From Phallusia mammillata (taxonomy: Eukaryota): a DNA stretch of 64,000 nucleotides. Of the stretch, positions 60,201-64,000 are shown in pieces. The DNA lies in assembly GCA_965637545.1 (NCBI GenBank), contig OZ281494.1, positions 3,348,001 through 3,412,000 on the forward strand, given 5' to 3'. Within the stretch, counting starts at the first letter, position 1. Each line of letters opens with the position of its first letter. The position numbers were made by a program, and so were the translations under genes. The notes under the pieces are model-generated. The model saw only the letters and a program-made list of their open reading frames with translations, did no database searches and was not told where the DNA came from.

Positions 60201-62950
60201 TACACACAACGACCAAAGCGTTTGCTTTCTACAAGTATGACATTCACACAAACACCAAATCAAACCTGCGTTGTTGAGCATTTCAAACGCGCGTGCATTC
60301 ATTTCCAATGGCACGTCGTTCAGTGTAGGTTCATCATTCGAGAGATAACTTCTAATTGAAGTAACTCTCGGTGTATGGATCCTTGGCACTCTACATGCCA
60401 AGTCAATAACTCTCAAAGCACTTTACTTGGTTAAAATTTGACTCAACTGTTTGTTGACGTTTAGACCTCTTTCTTTATTAGTTCGATCATCTGAACATTC
60501 TGCGAACGCCTGCCATCTAGTGTCAGTATCAACGAGGTATCCACGGTGGATTGGTGACGCAGCAGTGAGTGCGAGCTGTGACGCAAAAACACTAAGCTTA
60601 CATGTTAGGCACATAATGGGACTAAAGTACATGATGTTTAAAGAAAATTTCACAAAACATGAGTTTTGAACAAAACAGCTATGACACTTAAAACAACTAT
60701 GACACTCAGCCATTCTTCATAATCCATTGCTTATGACTAACCATTATAGGACAAAGAACAGCTAGTTGGTCGTACAAATACTTTGCTTCATCAATATCAG
60801 CTGCTTGCAACGTGCATTGAATACAACAGTTGCTTCCGGCAAAAACTGGCGAGTCAAGGTACACGTGATTTGGCCTCGCATCCTGATTGGCCGAAGGGTC
60901 TTTAAAACATTCGAGGAACGGCGATGGCGTGTTCTTGTCCTTGTATACTGCAGTAAAACATTTTTCTAATCCTTTAATTCAGCGGTTTTAAAATACAAGG
61001 GCCATGGCCCAGTGGTGGGATCGTTGTGTATTATATGATAAAATAAGCTCTCATAATCGCACAAATAAAATTTGCAGAATGCTTTAAGTCACAAACCGAT
61101 TTTCACCAACTATTTGGCCCGCCCTATAAACCAAGTTTGGAAGATAAAGTGTATTCATTAAGATTTAAACACTTGTTATACTTGGTATATTTGCCGCGGG
61201 ATTCCTTCCTCGACCTTCCAAAATGCATTGTACAGTTTGTCTTTAAAATAAGAACAAATTATTATATGAAAGTGACAGTCACATGTTGCTAGTTTATGTC
61301 TATTTCTGATCAGAAAACTTAGAAAGAAACTAATTTGTAACCTATAGGTAAGTCAACTGTAATTTAATTGAACTTAAGATAATCATCTTCAAATCTTTTG
61401 GAATTAGTTGTTTCAACAAACCAATATGATGGTACCTGCAACGGACGTCATCTATCACTGCTTCATCTGGAATGAAAAAAGAGTGGTTGATGGGATTCAA
61501 ACCAATATCTTTCATGTTTATTGGAGGATAGATGAAATCTGGACAACCAAGCCTGAAAATAAAAACGTTAAAGGAGAGTTTAGGTTGGTGTGCGGTGGGA
61601 TTCGAACCAGCGACATCGTTCACACTAGGGTTGCGTTTCACCAAATTTCACCAAAGTAGGTGTGCTACGTTGGTCACAAGTCCAAATCCACACAATACTA
61701 CCTCACTTTTCTATTATTTTACCTCGGGAATGTTGTAAGCGTGAGAACCATCTCATCCGGATTCAAGTGTTTTAAAATTTCCTTTCGTCTATTGACAAGT
61801 AAGTGAAAGGTTTCATCAAGGTCTAAAACAGTTTTTCACAACAGAAAAGTTTCTTCACCTTTTAAGCATATTTGCCTCTACATCCAAACAGCTCGTCAGA
61901 ATCCCACTGTATGGCTCACCAGGAGAACTTTCCAACATGTAACCAGCTAACTCGACGCTCCACAAGGCTTCTGGGCTAAAGAAATGAGAAAATAATTTAA
62001 ATTTTATTGTTCTGAGATCACAGTAACTTTGTGAAATTTAGAGTGGTATTTACGGGACAATAATGACAAATTCCGGTTAGAAATTGTTCTATTATGAAAA
62101 CTGCTTGCAGGCAAAAATAATGTGCCCTGTTCAGTAACAAAACAGGAGCATGTGGTATTTCATCGACTTAGTAATATTGACCAGCCATCGTGAAATTAAT
62201 GTAAAAGCATTTTTGCAGCTTACGTTTGAAGACTATTTTCCTGCCCAAGCTTGAGTTGGTTAAAGAGTTCTCTACCTCTCATCGCAAGGCGAACTTTCCT
62301 ATTCTTGTGATCAAACCGAACGATCAGATATTCAATCTGTTTGATATAGTTGCATTTAAGTCATGCCAATAACACAGTGAAGCATGCCGACGTGCACACA
62401 TACAAGATAGTAAATTATTAAACCGACTGGGAGATGGAATCAAAAAGGTGGAAGTGCAGCACTACTTCAATGGTGACGCAATCCCAAATCCTCTACACAT
62501 TCTATGCAACACAATGTTCGAACCAGTGCTTGTTAAGGTAAAGGGTTTCTTAACCAAACAATCAAAGCCAGGACCATCAGATATGATGGCAAAAGTAGGG
62601 TTGCGTAAACCAACCGACGAAAAAATTTCAGTTGCGATGAAAAAGTTTTTTTCTAGTCATGGCAACTGAACACACTTTAGCCTTGCGAATTTCTAACCCC
62701 ATGAAATAGCCCAATGTTCCAATCGAGCGCGCGAGCTTCGTTCTAAGTCACAGGTTTTACATTCATACTTACAAACTTACAACCATTTCTTTGTTACCTC
62801 GTCTCCCCACTTGAGAGGTTCGTTTTTGCGCATTTTATGATCTTTATAAGTTCGAATACAATGGCTGATTCCGTTCATCTTTACGTCATCGGCAAACTGC
62901 TGAATTTCAGACCAAGTAAGAGGCTTCTCTTTAAAAGCTTGGGGCGCCAT
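57207..62950 (-). CDS. GCLC-like: Glutamate-cysteine ligase catalytic subunit-like protein (divergent), 15 exons, about 605 aa
   Basis: Exons: 62798-62950 (ATG), 62224-62336, 61859-61975, 61723-61788, 61436-61552, 61182-61240, 60742-60947, 60448-60575 (donor position least certain), 60266-60390, 59549-59661, 58874-59071, 58221-58308, 58090-58160, 57418-57538, 57207-57349 (TAG). Total 1818 nt in frame. Hallmarks: PLTW, [91 protein letters not shown], KASG. Confidence 0.92.
58475..58723. mobile_element. hAT-type MITE (249 bp)
   Basis: TIRs cagtggtcggcaacc / ggttgccgatccctg with TSD ttctagag/tcctagag. A right-end fragment of the same family lies at about 50916-50984. Confidence 0.88.
61580..61645 (-). 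mobile_element. tRNA-derived SINE-like fragment in a GCLC-like intron
   Basis: The minus strand reads ...gatgtcgctggttcgaatcccaccgcacacc, containing a B box. I could not fold a complete cloverleaf. Confidence 0.45.
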
Positions 62951-63220
62951 TACTATATGTGTTAAAATATCTTTAACCTTTTGCAAATGTACGTAAACTA
63001 TTTAAGCATAATTATCTGTTAGGGCATTACATTCGCACAAAACAGTTCGACAAACTTCTACACAAACGAAAGGCCCCAAACATTTCATTCCAACTGAAAC
63101 GCAAACCCGAATCAGTAGGCCTACTAGAACTCTAGTGCGTACATTCACAAATGTGGCGAAATTTACATGGTGTTATGGCAAAACAGACAATAAAAAAAAC
63201 TCTTGTGACATAGCTATTTA

Positions 63221-63346
63221 AATTCAGCTTTTAAAGACGCCAAGCAGGCCTTAGCTAAAGCAACTCTGCTGCACCACCTGTTACCGCATGCTCCAACTGC
63301 CCTCACCAACGATGCATCGAAAAATTCTGCTGGCGCTGCAAATCAG
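63221..63346 (+). mobile_element. Decayed Ty3/Gypsy pol fragment (RT-RNase H connection and RNase H start)
   Basis: Translates as NSAFKDAKQALAKATLLHHLLPHAPTALTNDASKNSAGAANQ. This matches the typical Gypsy pattern AF..AK.AL..A.LL.HP....P..L.TDAS....GA.L.Q. Confidence 0.7.
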
Positions 63347-64000
63347 ATTCCTTCACGAAATGCGATCACTTTTTATTCTGTACGCCGTATGTTTTGCCGG
63401 CAGGATATCGGTTTTCTCGGATTGTGACAAAAACGTTTAGGCTTGCCGTTGTTAAAAATAACCAGAAACATGCATTTCAAAAATGGATAATTTTATTCAA
63501 AAAAGAAAATAGATTAACTTTTATTCGCATGTATTCCCTTTTTGAGTGTAAAAAGAAACCTACGACGCCAGCGAGGGGATGGCATATTAACGCTTCGCCT
63601 TAGCTGCGTCGGAGCAGATGTTTTATGTTCAGTGTTGGGATTGGTTGTATTGAGACTGAAACCTAGTGTTCAGTCTTATGTTGAAGCCCCGTGTTTGTAT
63701 AATCTATAATGTGTTGTTGATATTTAGGGTAGTCGTCATATAATGTGTGTAATCAGGTAGTCCACCATTTCTGCCCCGTGTGTTAAATGGTATCTCATTT
63801 AATAAAATAAGATGGTGGTGTAAGGGGTTGTATGCATTTAGAGGTATTGCCCTGCTAAATAGTTTAACTCTAATTTAAACTGAAATTAGCAAACAATAAT
63901 CCATAAGCGTAAGAGTGAATTCACGCTTGACAAAGTATAAATTGTCGGTTAATCTTTGTTAACATCAAATTGTATTTTAATTTGTGACGTCAGTTTGGAC

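Noticed and set aside
59940-60250. Several overlapping 60-100 aa ORFs inside the GCLC-like locus
   Set aside because: The GCLC-like frame is complete without them (60266 joins 59661 in phase), so they are intronic chance ORFs.
63205-63214. Antioxidant response element-like GTGACATAGC upstream of the GCLC-like gene
   Set aside because: It is tempting because GCLC is an Nrf2 target. However, it matches only the short core, lacks the flanking consensus, is expected by chance every few kb, and adjoins or falls within the Gypsy relic.

Overview
AT-rich, intron-rich animal genomic DNA. A compact invertebrate genome is likely, and an ascidian/tunicate is only a guess. I reconstructed exons by hand from GT/GC-AG boundaries, with phases that chain in frame. 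The window holds: (i) the 3' end of a Thr-rich mucin-like, probably GPI-anchored protein gene (1-216, +); (ii) four paralogous organic-anion-transporting-polypeptide genes (SLCO/OATP, closest to the OATP4 family) sharing one exon-phase architecture, with A, B and C in tandem on the minus strand and D inverted on the plus strand; (iii) a complete 15-exon glutamate-cysteine ligase catalytic subunit (GCLC)-like gene on the minus strand, tail-to-tail with SLCO-D. Introns and spacers carry many hAT-type MITEs with intact 8-bp TSDs, a piggyBac-type element, a foldback element, tRNA-derived SINEs, Penelope-type ends with hammerhead-like cores and a Gypsy pol relic. The strongest lead is the adjacent SLCO-D and GCLC-like pair. 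The GCLC-like protein keeps its metal/ATP-site motifs but has rewritten motifs around the amino-acid substrate pocket. SLCO-D has Asp in place of the conserved TM11 Arg. Together these may indicate a neofunctionalised gamma-glutamyl ligase plus transporter module. No rRNA, genuine tRNA or CRISPR array was seen. Reference motifs are quoted from memory and need confirming by alignment.
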